64,000 nucleotides of DNA from Hemiscyllium ocellatum (taxonomy: Eukaryota), in contig NC_083418.1 of assembly GCF_020745735.1 (NCBI RefSeq), forward strand, positions 6,111,374-6,175,373. The letters run 5' to 3'. Of this stretch, positions 47,801-62,800 are shown piece after piece (the first letter of the stretch is position 1; the number at the start of each line of letters is the position of its first letter). Position numbers and translations under genes: made by a program. A model generated the notes under the pieces. That model was not told where the DNA came from. It did not search any database and saw only the letters and a list, made by a program, of their open reading frames with translations.

Positions 47801-50800
47801 ACATTGAACGAATGTGACCTGCTCTACTCTTTGAATTGACAAGTCCAGCCTTTTTCATTGAATGAACGTGTGCATGTTGAATCACTAAATAAGTGAGACA
47901 GGTTTGTTCCATTGAAACGAAGAATGAAGTTGGCTTCATTGAATCAGTGCTTGTAGTTTGATTCAATGATTGAGGGAATGCAGCTTGCTTCCTTGAATGT
48001 AAGAGTTAAGCTTAACACCTTGAATGAATGAGAGAAGCTCTACTCATTGAATTAAGTCCTGCAGTCTGTATCATTGAATTCAATGAGCGCAGTTTGTTTC
48101 ATTGAATGAACGAGGGCAGTAGGATGCAGTAAACAAGTGAATCACGAAATGTTTGTTTCATTGAAACAAGGAATATTGTTTATTCTTTGAATCAAATCAA
48201 TGATTTAATGAATGCAGTTTCTTGAATTGAATGGAAGCGCTGTGCTTGACACTTTGTAGGAATGAGAGTCGCTCCACTCATTGATTAACAGGTACAGTTT
48301 AGTTCATGGAGAGAATGTGTGCAGATTGATTGAGACAATATGTGTAGCTTGTGACACTGAGCGAATGAGACTAGTTCTGCTCTTTGAATTGACAAGTGCA
48401 GCCTCTTTCATTGAATGAAGATGTGCATTTTGATACACTAATAGAGTGAGATAGGTTTGTTCCATTGAAACAAGGAATAAGGTTTGATTCATTGAATCAG
48501 TGATTTTAGTTTGAATCAGTGATACAATGAATTCAGATTGTGTCAGTGAAAGAAAGCATTACGACTGACTCATTGAATGGAAGAGAGATACTCTACTCTT
48601 TGAATTAAGACCTGCAGTCTGTATCATTCAATTGAACGAGTGCAGTTTATTTCATTGAATGAACGAGTGCAGTACGATTCACTAAACAAGTAGATCACAA
48701 AATGTTTGGTCCATTGAAACAATGAATACGGTTTGATTCATTGAATCAATTCAATGATTTAATGAATACAGTTTGTATAATTGAATGAAAGCGTTGTGCT
48801 TGACACTTTGAAGAAATGAGAGACCCTCCATTCATTGAATCAACAGGTGCAGTTTAGTTCATGGAGTGAATGTGTGCAGTTTGATTGAGACAATGTGTGA
48901 AGCTTGTGACATTGAACGAATGAGAGCAGCTCTACTTATTGAATTTACAAGTACAACCTCTTTCATTGAATGAACGTGTGCAGTTTTATTCACTAACCTG
49001 AGTGAGTTAGGTTTGTTCCAGGGAAACAAGGAATAAGGTTTGATTCATTGAATCAGTGATTGTAGTTTGATTCAATGATTCAATGAATGCATCTTGCTTC
49101 TTTGAATGAAAACATGAGGCTTGACCCATTGAATGCATGAGAGAAGCTCTATTCATTGAATTCAGTTCTGCAGTCTCTATCAATTAGTGCAGATTGTTTC
49201 ATTGAATGAACGAGTGCAGTAGGATTCACTAAACAATTGAATCACGAAATATTTGTTTCATTGAAACAAGGATTCTGGTTTGACTCATTGAATCAATTCA
49301 ATGACTTAATGAATGCAGTTTGTAGAAAAGATTGATAGCATTGTGCTTGACACTTTGAAGGATTGAGAGAAGCTCCACTCATTGAATTAACAGGTGCAGT
49401 TTAGTTAATGGGGTGAATTGTGCAGTTTGTTTGAGGCAATGTTTGTAGCTTGTGACATGGAACGAATGTGACCTGCTCTATTCTTTGAATTGACAAGACC
49501 AGTCTTTTTCATTGAATGAACGTGTGCAGTTTGATTCACTAACCTGAGTGAGTTAGGTTTGTTCCATTGAAACAAGTAATAAGGTTTGATTCATTGAATC
49601 AGTGATTGTAGTTTGATTCAATGATTCAATGAATTCAGCTTGTGTCAGTGAATGAAAGCATTAAGACTGACTCATTGAATGAAATAGAGATGCTCTACTC
49701 TTTGAATTAAGACATTCAGTCCGTACCATTGAATTGAATGAGTGCACTTTGTTTCATTGAATGAACGAGTGCAGTAGGATTCACTAAACAAGTGAATCAC
49801 GAAATGTTTATTTCATTGCAACAAGGATTCTTTTTTGACTCATTGAATCAATACAATGAATCAATCAATGCAGTTTGTAGAAAAGTTGATAGCGTTGTAC
49901 TTGACACTTTGAACGAATGAGATTAGCTCTACTCATTGAATTAACAGGTGCAGTTGAGTTCATGGAGTGAATGTGTGCAGTTCGATTGTGACAATGAACG
50001 AATGAGACTAGCTCTACTCATTGAATTGACAAGTGCAGCCTCTTTCATTGAATGAACGTGTGCAGTTTGATTCACTAACCTGAGTGAGATAGGTTTGTAC
50101 CATTGAAACGAGGAACAAGGTTGGATACATTGAATCAGTGCTTGTAGTTTGATTCAATGATTCAATGAATGCAGCTTGCTTCATTGAATGAAAGCGTTAA
50201 TCGTGACAGACTGAAAGAATGAGAGAAGCTCTACTCAGTGAATTAAGACCTGCAGTCTGTATCATTGAATTGAACGAGTGCAGTTTATTTCATTGAATGA
50301 ACGAGTGCAGTACGATTCACTAAACAAGTGAATCACGAAATGTTTGTTTCATTGAAACAAGGAATACGGTTTGATTCTTTGAATCAATTCAATGATTTAT
50401 AAATGCAGTTTCTTTAATTGAATGAAAGCGTTGTGCTTGACACTTTGAAGGAATGAGAGTCGCTACACTCTTTGAATTAACAGGTGCAGTTTAGTTCATG
50501 GGGTGAATGTGTGCAGTTTGATTGAGACAATGTGTCAAGCTTGTGACATTGAACGAATGAGAGCAGCTCTACTTATTGAATTGACAAGTACAGCCTCTTT
50601 CATTGAATGAACGTGTGCAGTTTGATTCACTAACCAGAGTGAGTAAGGTTTGCTCCATTCAAACAAGGAATAAAGTTTGATTCATTGAATCAGTGATTGT
50701 AGTTTGATTCAATGATTCAATGAATTCAACTTGTGTCAGTGAATGAAAGCATTAAGCTTGACTCATTGAATGAAAGAGAGATACTCTACTCTTTGAATTA

Positions 50801-53800
50801 AGACATGCAGTATGTAAAATTGAATTGAATGAGTGCAGTTTGTTTCATTGAATGAACGAGTGCAGTAGGATTCACTAAGCAAGTGATGCACGAAATGTTT
50901 GTTTCATTGAAACAAGGATTATGGTTTGACTCATTGAATGTTTTAATGATTTAATGAATGCAGTTTCTTTAATTGAATGAAAGCGTTGTGCTTGACACTT
51001 TGAAGGAATGAGACACTCTCCACACATTGAATCAACAGGTGCAGTTTAGTTCATGGAGTGAATGTGTGCAGTTTGATTGAGACAATGTGTGGAGCTTGTG
51101 ACATTGAACGAATGAGACTAGTTCTGATCATTGAATTGACAAGTGCAGCCTCTTTCATTGAATGAACGTGTGCCGTTTGATTCACTAACCTGTGTGAGAT
51201 AGGTTTGTTCCATTGAAACGAGGAACAAAGTTGAATACATTGAATCAGTGCTTGTAGTTTGATTCAATGATTCAATGAATGCAGCTTGCTTCATTGAATG
51301 AAAGCATTAATCATGACAGACTGAAAGAATGAGAGAAGCTCTACTCAGTGAATTAAGACCTGCAGTCTGTATCATTCAATTGAACGAGTGCAGTTTATTT
51401 CATTGAATGAACGAGTGCAGTACGATTTACTAAACAAGTGAATCACGAAATGTTTGTTTCATTGAAACAAGGATTATGGTTTGACTCATTGAATCAATTC
51501 AATGACTTAATGAATGTAGTTTGTAGAAAAGATTGATAGCATTGTGCTTGACACTTTGAAGGAATGAGAGAAGCTCCACTCATTGAATTAACAGGTGCAG
51601 TTTAGTTCATGGAGTGTATGTGTGCAATATGATTGAGGCAATGTGTGAATCTTGTGACATTGAACGAATGAGACTATGTCTGCTCATTGAATTGACAAGT
51701 GCAGCCTCTTTCAATGAATGAACGTATGCAGTATGATTCACAAACTGAGTCAGGTTTGCTCCATTCAAACAAGGAATAAGGTTTGATTCCCTGAATCAGT
51801 GATTGTAGTTTGATTCAATGATTCAATGAATGCAGCTTGTGTCTTTGAATGAAAGCATTAAGCATGACCCATTGAATGAATGAGAGAGTCTCTACTCATT
51901 GAATTAAGACATGCAGTCTGTATCAGTGAATTGAATGAGTGCAGTTTGTTTCATTGAATGAAGGAGTGCAGTAGGATTCACTAAACAAGTGAATCACGAA
52001 ATGTTTGTTTCATTGAAACAAGGATTATGGTTTGATTCATTGAATCAATTCAATGACTTAATGAATGCAGTTTGTAGAAAAGATTGAAAGCGTTGTGCTT
52101 GACACTTTGAAGGATTGAGAGAAGCTCCGCTCATTGAATTAACAGGTGCAGTTTTGTTCATGGAGTGAATGTGTGCAGTTTGATTGAGACAATGTGTGAA
52201 GCTTTTGACTTTGAACGAATGAGACTAGCTCTGCTCTTTGAATTGACAAGTGCAGCCTCTTTCAATGAATGAACGTGTGCAGTTTGATTCACTAACTGAG
52301 TTAGGTTTGTTCCATTCAAACAACGAATCGGGTTTGACTCCCTGAAGCAGTGATTGTGGTTTGATTCAATGATTCAATGAATGCAGCTTGCTTCATTGAA
52401 TGAAAGCGTTAATCGTGACAGACTGAAAGAATGAGAGAAGCTCTCCTCAGTGAATTAAGACCTGCAGTCTGTATCATTCAATTGAATGAGTGCAGTTTGT
52501 TTCATTGAATGAACGAGTGCAGTAGTTTTCACTAAAGAAGTAGATCACAAGATGTTTGTTCAATTGAAACAAGGAATACGGTTTGATTCATTGAATCAAT
52601 TTAATGATTTAATGAATGCAGTTTGTAGAATTGAATGAAAGCGTTGTGCTTGATACTTTGAAGAAATGAGAGACCCTCCATTCATTGAATCAGCAGGTGC
52701 AGTTTAGTTCATGGAGTGAATGTGTGCAGTTTGATTGAGACAATGTGTGAAGCTTGTGACATGGAACGAATGTGACCTGCTCTTCTCTTTGAATTGACAA
52801 GACCAGTTTTTTCATTGAATTAACGTGTGCAGTTTGATTCACTAACCTGAGGTTTGTTCCATTGAAACAAGGAATAAAGTTCGATTCATTGAATCAGTGA
52901 TTGTAGTTTGATTCAATGATTGAGGGAATGCAGCTTGCTTCCTTGAATGAAAGCGTTAAGCTTAACACCTTGAATGAATGTGAGAAGCTCTACACATTGA
53001 ATTAAGACCTGCAGTCTGTATCATTGAATTGAATGAGCGCAGTTTGTTTCATTGAATGAACGAGGGCAGTAGGATGCAGTAAACAAGTGAATAACGACAT
53101 GTTTGTCCAATTGAAACAAGGAATACGGTTTGATTCCCTGAATCAGTGATTGTAGTTTGATTCAATGATTCAATGAATGCAGCTTGTGTCTTTGAATGAA
53201 AGCATTAAGCATGACCCATTGAATGAATGAGAGAGTCTCTACTCATTGAATTAAGACATGCAGTCTGTATCAGTGAATTGAATGAGTGCAGTTTGTTTCA
53301 TTGAATGAAGGAGTGCAGTAGGATTCACTAAACAAGTGAATCACGAAATGTTTGTTTCATTGAAACAAGGATTATGGTTTGACTCATTGAATCAATTCAA
53401 TGATTTAATGAATGCAGTTTGTAGAAAAGATTGATAGCATTGTGCTTGACACTTTGAAGGATTGAGAGAAGCTCCACTCATTGAATTAACAGGTGCAGTT
53501 TAGTTAATGGGGTGAATTGTGCAGTTTGTTTGAGACAATGTGTGAAGCTTGTGACATGGAACGAATGTGACCTGCTCTACTCTTTGAATTGACAAGTCCA
53601 GCCTTTTTCATTGAATGAACGTGTGCATGTTGAATCACTAACTGAGTGAGATAGGTTTGTTCCATTGAAACGAGGAATGAAGTTTGCTTCATTGAATCAG
53701 TGCTTGTAGTTTGATTCAATGATTGAGGGAATGCAGCTTGCTTCCTTGAATGGAAGCGTTAAGCTTAACACCTTGAATGAATGAGAGAAGCTCTACTCAT

Positions 53801-56800
53801 TGAATTGAGTCCTGCAGTCTGTATCATTGAATTCAATGAGCGCAGTTTGTTTCATTGAATGAACGAGGGCAGTAGGATGCAGTAAACAAGTGAATCACGA
53901 AATGTTTGTTTCATTGAAACAAGGAATATTGTTTATTCTTTAATCAATTCAATGATTTAATGAATGCAGTTTCTTGAATTGAATGAAAGCGCTGTGCTTG
54001 ACACTTTGAAGGAATGAGAGTCGCTCCACTCATTGATTAACAGGTACAGTTCAGTTCATGGAGTGAATGTGTGCAGATTGATTGAGAGAATATGTGTAGC
54101 TGGTGACACTGAGCGAATGAGACTAGTTCTGCTCATTGAATTGACAAGTGCAGCCTCTTTCATTGAATGAACGTGTGCCGTTTGATTCACTAACCTGAGT
54201 GAGATAGGTTTGTTCCATTCAAACAAGGAATAAGGTTTGATTCATTGAATCAGTGATTTTAGTTTGATTCAGTGATTCAATGAATTCAGCTTGTGTCAGT
54301 GAATGAAAGCATTAAGACTGACTCATTGAATGACAGAGAGATACTCTACTCTTTGAATTAAGACATTCAGTCCGTAACATTGAATTGAATGAGTGCACTT
54401 TGTTTCATTGAATGAACGAATGCAGTAGGATTCACTAAACAAGTGAATCACGAAAAGTTTATTTCATTGCAACAAGGATTATGGTTTGATTCATTGAATC
54501 AATGCAATGAGTCAATTAATGCAGTTTGTAGAAAAGTTGATAGCGTTGTACTTGACACTTTGAACGAATGAGATTAGCTCTACTCATTGAATTAACAGGT
54601 GCAGTTTAAATAATGGGGTGAAGTGTGCAGTTTGTTTGAGACAATGTGTGAAGCTTGTGACATGGAACGAATGTGACCTGCTCTACTCTTTGAATTAACA
54701 GGACCAGTCTTTTTCATTGAATTAACGTGTGCAGTTTGATTCACTAACCAGAGTGAGTTAGGTTTGTTCCATTGAAACAAGGAATAAGGTTTGATTCATT
54801 GAATCAGTGATTGTAGTTTGATTCAATGAATTCAGCTTGTGTCATTGAATGAAAGCATTAAGCTTGACTCATTGAATGAATGAGAGATGCTCTACTCTCT
54901 GAATTAAGACCTGCAGCCTGTATCATTGAATTGAATGAGCGCAGTTTGTTTCATTGAATGAACGAGTACTGTAGGATTCACTAAACAAGTGAATCACGAA
55001 ATCTTTGTTTCATTGAAACAAGGAATACGGTTTGATTCTTTGAATCAATTCAATGATTTATAAATGCAGTTTCTTTAATTGAATGAAAGCGTTGTGCTTG
55101 ACACTTTGAAGGAATGAGAGTCGCTCCACTCTTTGAATTAACAGGTACAGTTTAGTTCATGGGGTGAATGTGTGCAGTTTGATTGAGACAATGTGTCAAG
55201 CTTGTGACATTGAACGAATGAGAGCAGCTCTACTTATTGAATTGACAAGTACAGCCTCTTTCATTGAATGAACGTGTGCAGTTTGATTCACTAACCTGAG
55301 TGAGATAGGTTTGTTCCATTGAAACGAGGAACAAGGTTGGATACATTGAATCAGTGCTTGTAGTTTGATTCAATGATTCAATGAATGCAGCTTGCTTCAT
55401 TGAATGAAAGCGTTAATCGTGACAGACTGAAAGAATGAGAGAAGCTCTACTCAGTGAATTAAGACCTGCAGTCTGTATCATTCAACTGAACGAGTGCAGT
55501 TTATTTCATTGAATGAACGAGTGCAGTACGATTGACTAAACAAGTAGATCACAAAATGTTTGTTCCATTGAAACAATGAATACGGTTTGATTCATTGAAT
55601 CAATTCAATGATTTAATGAATACAGTTTGTATAATTGAATGAAAGCGTTGTGCTTGACACTTTGAAGAAATGAGAGACCCTCCATTCATTGAATCAACAG
55701 GTGCAGTTTAGTTCATGGAGGGAATGTGTGCAGTTTGATTGAGACAATGTGTGAAGCTTGTGACATTGAACGAATGAGAGCAGCTCTGCTTATTGAATTT
55801 ACAAGTACAACCTCTTTCATTGAATGAACGTGTGCAGTTTGATTCACTAACCTGAGTGAGTTAGGTTTGTTCCAGGGAAACAAGGAATAAGGTTTGATTC
55901 ATTGAATCAGTGATTGTAGTTTGATTCAATGATTCAATGAATGCATCTTGCTTCTTTGAATGAAAACATGAGGCTTGACCCATTGAATGCATGAGAGAAG
56001 CTCAATTCATTGAATTTAGTTCTGCAGTCTCTATCAATTGGTGCAGTTTGTTTCATTGAATGAACGAGTGCAGTAGGATTCACTAAACAATTGAATCACG
56101 AAATATTTGTTTCATTGAAACAAGGATTCTGGTTTGACTCATTGAATCAATTCAATGACTTAATGAATGCAGTTTGTAGAAAAGATTGATAGCATTGTGC
56201 TTGACACTTTGAAGGATTGAGAGAAGCTCCACTCATTGAACTAACAGGTGCAGTTTAATTAATGGGGTGAAGTGTGCAGTTTGTTTGAGACAATGTGTGA
56301 AGCTTGTGACAGGAACGAATGTGACCTGCTCTACTCTTTGAATTAACAGGACCAGTCTTTTTCATTGAATTAACGTGTGCAGTTTGATTCACTAACCAGA
56401 GTGAGTTAGGTTTGTTCCATTGAAACAAGGAATAAGGTTTGATTCATTGAATCAGTGATTGTAGTTTGATTCAATGAATTCAGCTTGTGTCATTGAATGA
56501 AAGCATTAAGCTTGACTCATTGAATGAATGAGAGATGCTCTACTCTCTGAATTAAGACCTGCAGCCTGTATCATTGAATTGAATGAGCGCAGTTTGTTTC
56601 ATTGAATGAACGAGTACTGTAGGATTCACTAAACAAGTGAATCACGAAATGTTTGTTTCATTGAAACAAGGAATACGGTTTGATTCTTTGAATCAATTCA
56701 ATGATTTATAAATGCAGTTTCTTTAATTGAATGAAAGCGTTGTGCTTGACACTTTGAAGGAATGAGAGTCGCTCCACTCTTTGAATTAACAGGTGCAGTT

Positions 56801-59800
56801 TAGTTCATGGGGTGAATGTGTGCAGTTTGATTGAGACAATGTGTCAAGCTTGTGACATTGAACGAATGAGAGCAGCTCTACTTATTGAATTGACAAGTAC
56901 AGCCTCTTTCATTGAATGAACGTGTGCAGTTTGATTCACTAGCCAGAGTGAGTTAGGTTTGCTCCATTCAAACAAGGAATAAAGTTTGATTCATTGAATC
57001 AGTGATTGTAGTTTGATTCAATGATTCAATGTATTCAACTTGTGTCAGTGAATGAAAGCATTAAGCTTGACTCATTGAATGAAAGAGAGATACTCTACAC
57101 TTTGAATTAAGACATGCAGTATGTAAAATTGAATTGAATGAGTGCAGTTTGTTTCATTGGATGAACGAGTGCAGTAGGATTCACTAAGCAAGTGATGCAC
57201 GAAATGTTTGTTTCATTGAAACAAGGATTATGGTTTGACTCATTGAATGTTTTAATGATTTAATGAATGCAGTTTCTTTAATTGAATGAAAGCGTTGTGC
57301 TTGACACTTTGAAGGAATGAGACACTCTCCACACATTGAATCAACAGGTGCAGTTTAGTTCATGGAGTGAATGTGTGCAGTTTGATTGAGACAATGTGTG
57401 GAGCTTGTGACATTGAACGAATGAGACTAGTTCTGATCATTGAATTGACAAGTACAGCCTCTTTCATTGAATGAACGTGTGCCGTTTGATTCACTAACCT
57501 GTGTGAGATAGGTTTGTTCCATTGAAACGAGGAACAAAGTTGAATACATTGAATCAGTGCTTGTAGTTTGATTCAATGATTCAATGAATGCAGCTTGCTT
57601 CATTGAATGAAAGCATTAATCATGACAGACTGAAAGAATGAGAGAAGCTCTACTCAGTGAATTAAGACCTGCAGTCTGTATCATTCAATTGAACGAGTGC
57701 AGTTTATTTCATTGAATGAACGAGTGCAGTACGATTTACTAAACAAGTGAATCACGAAATGTTTGTTTCATTGAAACAAGGATTATGGTTTGACTCATTG
57801 AATCAATTCAATGACTTAATGAATGTAGTTTGTAGAAAAGATTGATAGCATTGTGCTTGACACTTTGAAGGAATGAGAGAAGCTCCACTCATTGAATTAA
57901 CAGGTGCAGTTTAGTTCATGGAGTGTATGTGTGCAATATGATTGAGGCAATGTGTGAATCTTGTGACATTGAACGAATGAGACTATGTCTGCTCATTGAA
58001 TTGACAAGTGCAGCCTCTTTCAATGAATGAACGTATGCAGTATGATTCACAAACTGAGTCAGGTTTGCTCCATTCAAACAAGGAATAAGGTTTGATTCCC
58101 TGAATCAGTGATTGTAGTTTGATTCAATGATTCAATGAATGCAGCTTGTGTCTTTGAATGAAAGCATTAAGCATGACCCATTGAATGAATGAGAGAGTCT
58201 CTACTCATTGAATTAAGACATGCAGTCTGTATCAGTGAATTGAATGAGTGCAGTTTGTTTCATTGAATGAAGGAGTGCAGTAGGATTCACTAAACAAGTG
58301 AATCACGAAATGTTTGTTTCATTGAAACAAGGATTATGGTTTGACTCATTGAATCAATTCAATGACTTAATGAATGCAGTTTGTAGAAAAGATTGAAAGC
58401 GTTGTGCTTGAAACTTTGAAGGAGTGAGAGATGCTCCGCTCATTGAATTAACAGGTGCAGTTTTGTTCATGGAGTGAATGTGTGCAGTTTGATTGAGACA
58501 ATGTGTGAAGCTTTTGACTTTGAACGAATGAGACTAGCTCTGCTCTTTGAATTGACAAGTGCAGCCTCTTTCAATGAATGAACGTGTGCAGTTTGATTCA
58601 CTAACTGAGTTAGGTTTGTTCCATTCAAACAACGAATCGGGTTTGACTCCCTGAAGCAGTGATTGTGGTTTGATTCAATGATTCAATGAATGCAGCTTGC
58701 TTCATTGAATGAAAGCGTTAATCGTGACAGACTGAAAGAATGAGAGAAGCTCTCCTCGGTGAATTAAGACCTGCAGTCTGTATCATTCAATTGAATGAGT
58801 GCAGTTTGTTTCATTGAATGAACGAGTGCAGTAGTTTTCACTAAAGAAGTAGATCACAAAATGTTTGTTCAATTGAAACAAGGAATACGGTTTGATTCAT
58901 TGAATCAATTTAATGATTTAATGAATGCAGTTTGTATAATTGAATGAAAGCGTTGTGCTTGATACTTTGAAGAAATGAGAGACCCTCCATTCATTGAATC
59001 AGCAGGTGCAGTTTAGTTCATGGAGTGAATGTGTGCAGTTTGATTGAGACAATGTGTGAAGCTTGTGACATGGAACGAATGTGACCTGCTCTTCTCTTTG
59101 AATTGACAAGACCAGTTTTTTCATTGAATTAACGTGTGCAGTTTGATTCACTAACCTGAGGTTTGTTCCATTGAAACAAGGAATAAAGTTCGATTCATTG
59201 AATCAGTGATTGTAGTTTGATTCAATGATTGAGGGAATGCAGCTTGCTTCCTTGAATGAAAGCGTTAAGCTTAACACCTTGAATGAATGTGAGAAGCTCT
59301 ACACATTGAATTAAGACCTGCAGTCTGTATCATTGAATTGAATGAGCGCAGTTTGTTTCATTGAATGAACGAGGGCAGTAGGATGCAGTAAACAAGTGAA
59401 TCACGACAAGTTTGTTCCATTGAAACAAGGAATACGGTTTGATTCTTTGAATCAATTCAATGATTTAATGAATGCAGTCTCTTTAATTGAATGAAAGCGC
59501 TGTGCTTGCCACTTTGAAGGAATGAGAGTCGCTCCACTCTTTGAATTAACAGGTACAGTTTAGTTCATGGAGAGAATGTGTGCAGATTGATTGAGACAAT
59601 GTGTGAAGCTTGTGACATTGAACGAATGAGAGCAGCTCTACTTATTGAATTTACAAGTACAACCTCTTTCATTGAATGAACGTGTGCAGTTTGATTCACT
59701 AACCTGAGTGAGTTAGGTTTGTTCCAGGGAAACAAGGAATAAGGTTTGATTCATTGAATCAGTGATTGTAGTTTGATTCAATGATTCAATGAATGCATCT

Positions 59801-62800
59801 TGCTTCTTTGAATGAAAACATGAGGCTTGACCCATTGAATGCATGAGAGAAGCTCAATTCATTGAATTTAGTTCTGCAGTCTCTATCAATTAGTGCAGTT
59901 TGTTTCATTGAATGAACGAGTGCAGTAGGATTCACTAAACAATTGAATCACGAAATATTTGTTTCATTGAAACAAGGATTCTGGTTTGACTCATTGAATC
60001 AATTCAATGACTTGATGAATGCAGTTTGTTGAAAAGATTGATAGCATTGTGCTTGACACTTTGAAGGATTGAGAGAAGCTCCACTCATTGAATTAACAGG
60101 TGCAGTTTAGTTAATGGGGTGAAGTGTGCAGTTTGATTGTGACAATGTGTGGAGCTTGTGACAATGAACGAATGAGACTAGCTCTACTCATTGAATTGAC
60201 AAGTGCAGCCTCTTTCATTGAATGAACGTGTGCAGTTTGATTCACTAACCTGAGTGAGATAGGTTTGTTCCATTGAAACGAGGAACAAGGTTGGATACAT
60301 TGAATCAGTGCTTGTAGTTTGATTCAATGATTCAATGAATGCAGCTTGCTTCATTGAATGAAAGCGTTAATCGTGACAGACTGAAAGAATGAGAGAAGCT
60401 CTACTCAGTGAATTAAGACCTGCAGTCTGTATCATTGAATTGAACGAGTGCAGTTTATTTCATTGAATGAACGAGTGCAGTACGATTCACTAAACAAGTA
60501 GATCAGAAAACGTTTGTTCCATTGAAACAATGAATACGGTTTGATTCATTGAATCAATTCAATGATTTAATGAATACAGTTTGTATAATTGAATGAAAGC
60601 GTTGTGCTTGACACTTTGAAGAAATGAGAGACCCTCCATTCATTGAATCAACAGGTGCAGTTTAGTTCATGGAGGGAATGTGTGCAGTTTGATTGAGACA
60701 ATGTGTGAAGCTTGTGACATTGAACAAATGAGAGCAGCTCTGCTTATTGAATTTACAAGTACAACCTCTTTCATGGAATGAACGTGTGCAGTTTGATTCA
60801 CTAACCTGAGTGAGTTAGGTTTGTTCCAGGGAAACAAGGAATAAGGTTTGATTCATTGAATCAGTGATTGTAGTTTGATTCAATGATTCAATGAATGCAT
60901 CTTGCTTCTTTGAATGAAAACATGAGGCTTGACCCATTGAATGCATGAGAGAAGCTCTATTCATTGAATTCAGTTCTGCACTCTCTATCAATTAGTGCAG
61001 ATTGTTTCATTGAATGAACGAGTGCAGTAGGATTCACTAAACAATGAATCACGAAATATTTGTTTCATTGAAAAGAGGATTCTGGTTTGACGCATTGAAT
61101 CAATTCAATCATTCAATGAATGCAGTTTGTAGAAAAGATTGATAGCATTGTGCTTGACACTTTGAAGGAATGAGAGAAGCTCCACTCATTGAATTAACAG
61201 GTGCAGTTTAGTTAATGGGGTGAATTGTGCAGTTTGATTGAGACAACGTGTGAAGCTTGTGACATTGAACGAATGTGACCTGCTCTACTCTTTGAATTGA
61301 CAAGTCCAGCCTTTTTCATTGAATGAACGTGTGCATGATGAATCACTAACTGAGTGAGATAGGTTTGTTCCATTGAAACGAGGAATGAAGTTTGCTTCAT
61401 TGAATCAGTGCTTGTAGTTTGATTCAATGATTGAGGGAATGCAGCTTGCTTCCTTGAATGGAAGCGTTAAGCTTAACACCTTGAATGAATGAGAGAAGCT
61501 CTACTCATTGAATTGAGTCCTGCAGTCTGTATCATTGAATTCAATGAGCGCAGTTTGTTTCATTGAATGAACGAGGGCAGTAGGATGCAGTAAACAAGTG
61601 AATCACGAAATGTTTGTTTCATTGAAACAAGGAATATTGTTTATTCTTTAATCAATTCAATGATTTAATGAATGCAGTTTCTTGAATTGAATGAAAGCGC
61701 TGTGCTTGACACTTTGAAGGAATGAGAGTCGCTCCACTCATTGATTAACAGGTACAGTTCAGTTCATGGAGTGAATGTGTGCAGATTGATTGAGAGAATA
61801 TGTGTAGCTTGTGACACTGAGCGAATGAGACTAGTTCTGCTCATTGAATTGACAAGTGCAGCCTCTTTCATTGAATGAACGTGTGCCGTTTGATTCACTA
61901 ACCTGAGAGAGATAGGTTTGTTCCATTCAAACAAGGAATAAGGTTTGATTCATTGAATCAGTGATTTTAGTTTGATTCAGTGATTCAATGAATTCAGCTT
62001 GTGTCAGTGAATGAAAGCATTAAGACTGACTCATTGAATGACAGAGAGATACTCTACTCTTTGAATTAAGACATTCAGTCCGTAACATTGAATTGAATGA
62101 GTGCACTTTGTTTCATTGAATGAACGAGGGCAGTAGGATTCACTAAACAAGTGAATCACGAAAAGTTTATTTCATTGCAACAAGGATTATGGTTTGATTC
62201 ATTGAATCAATGCAATGAGTCAATCAATGCAGTTTGTAGAAAAGTTGATAGCGTTGTACTTGACACTTTGAACGAATGAGATTAGCCCTACTCATTGAAT
62301 TAACAGGTGCAGTTGAGTTCATGGAGTGAATGTGTGCAGTTCGATTGTGACAATGTGTGGAGCTTGTGACATGCAACGAATGTGACCTGCTCTACTCTTT
62401 GAATTAACAGGACCAGTCTTTTTCATTGAATTAACGTGTGCAGTTTGATTCACTCACCAGAGTGAGTTAGGTTTGTTCCATTGAAACAAGGAATAAGGTT
62501 TGATTCATTGAATCAGTGATTGTAGTTTGATTCAATGAATTCAGCTTGTGTCATTGAATGAAAGCATTAAGCTTGACTCATTGAATGAATGAGAGATGCT
62601 CTACTCTCTGAATTAAGACCTGCAGTCTGTATCATTGAATTGAATGAGCGCAGTTTGTTTCATTGAATGAACGAGTACTGTAGGATTCACTAAACAAGTG
62701 AATCACGAAATGTTTGTTTCATTGAAACAAGGAATACGGTTTGATTCTTTGAATCAATTCAATGATTTATAAATGCAGTTTCTTTAATTGAATGAAAGCG

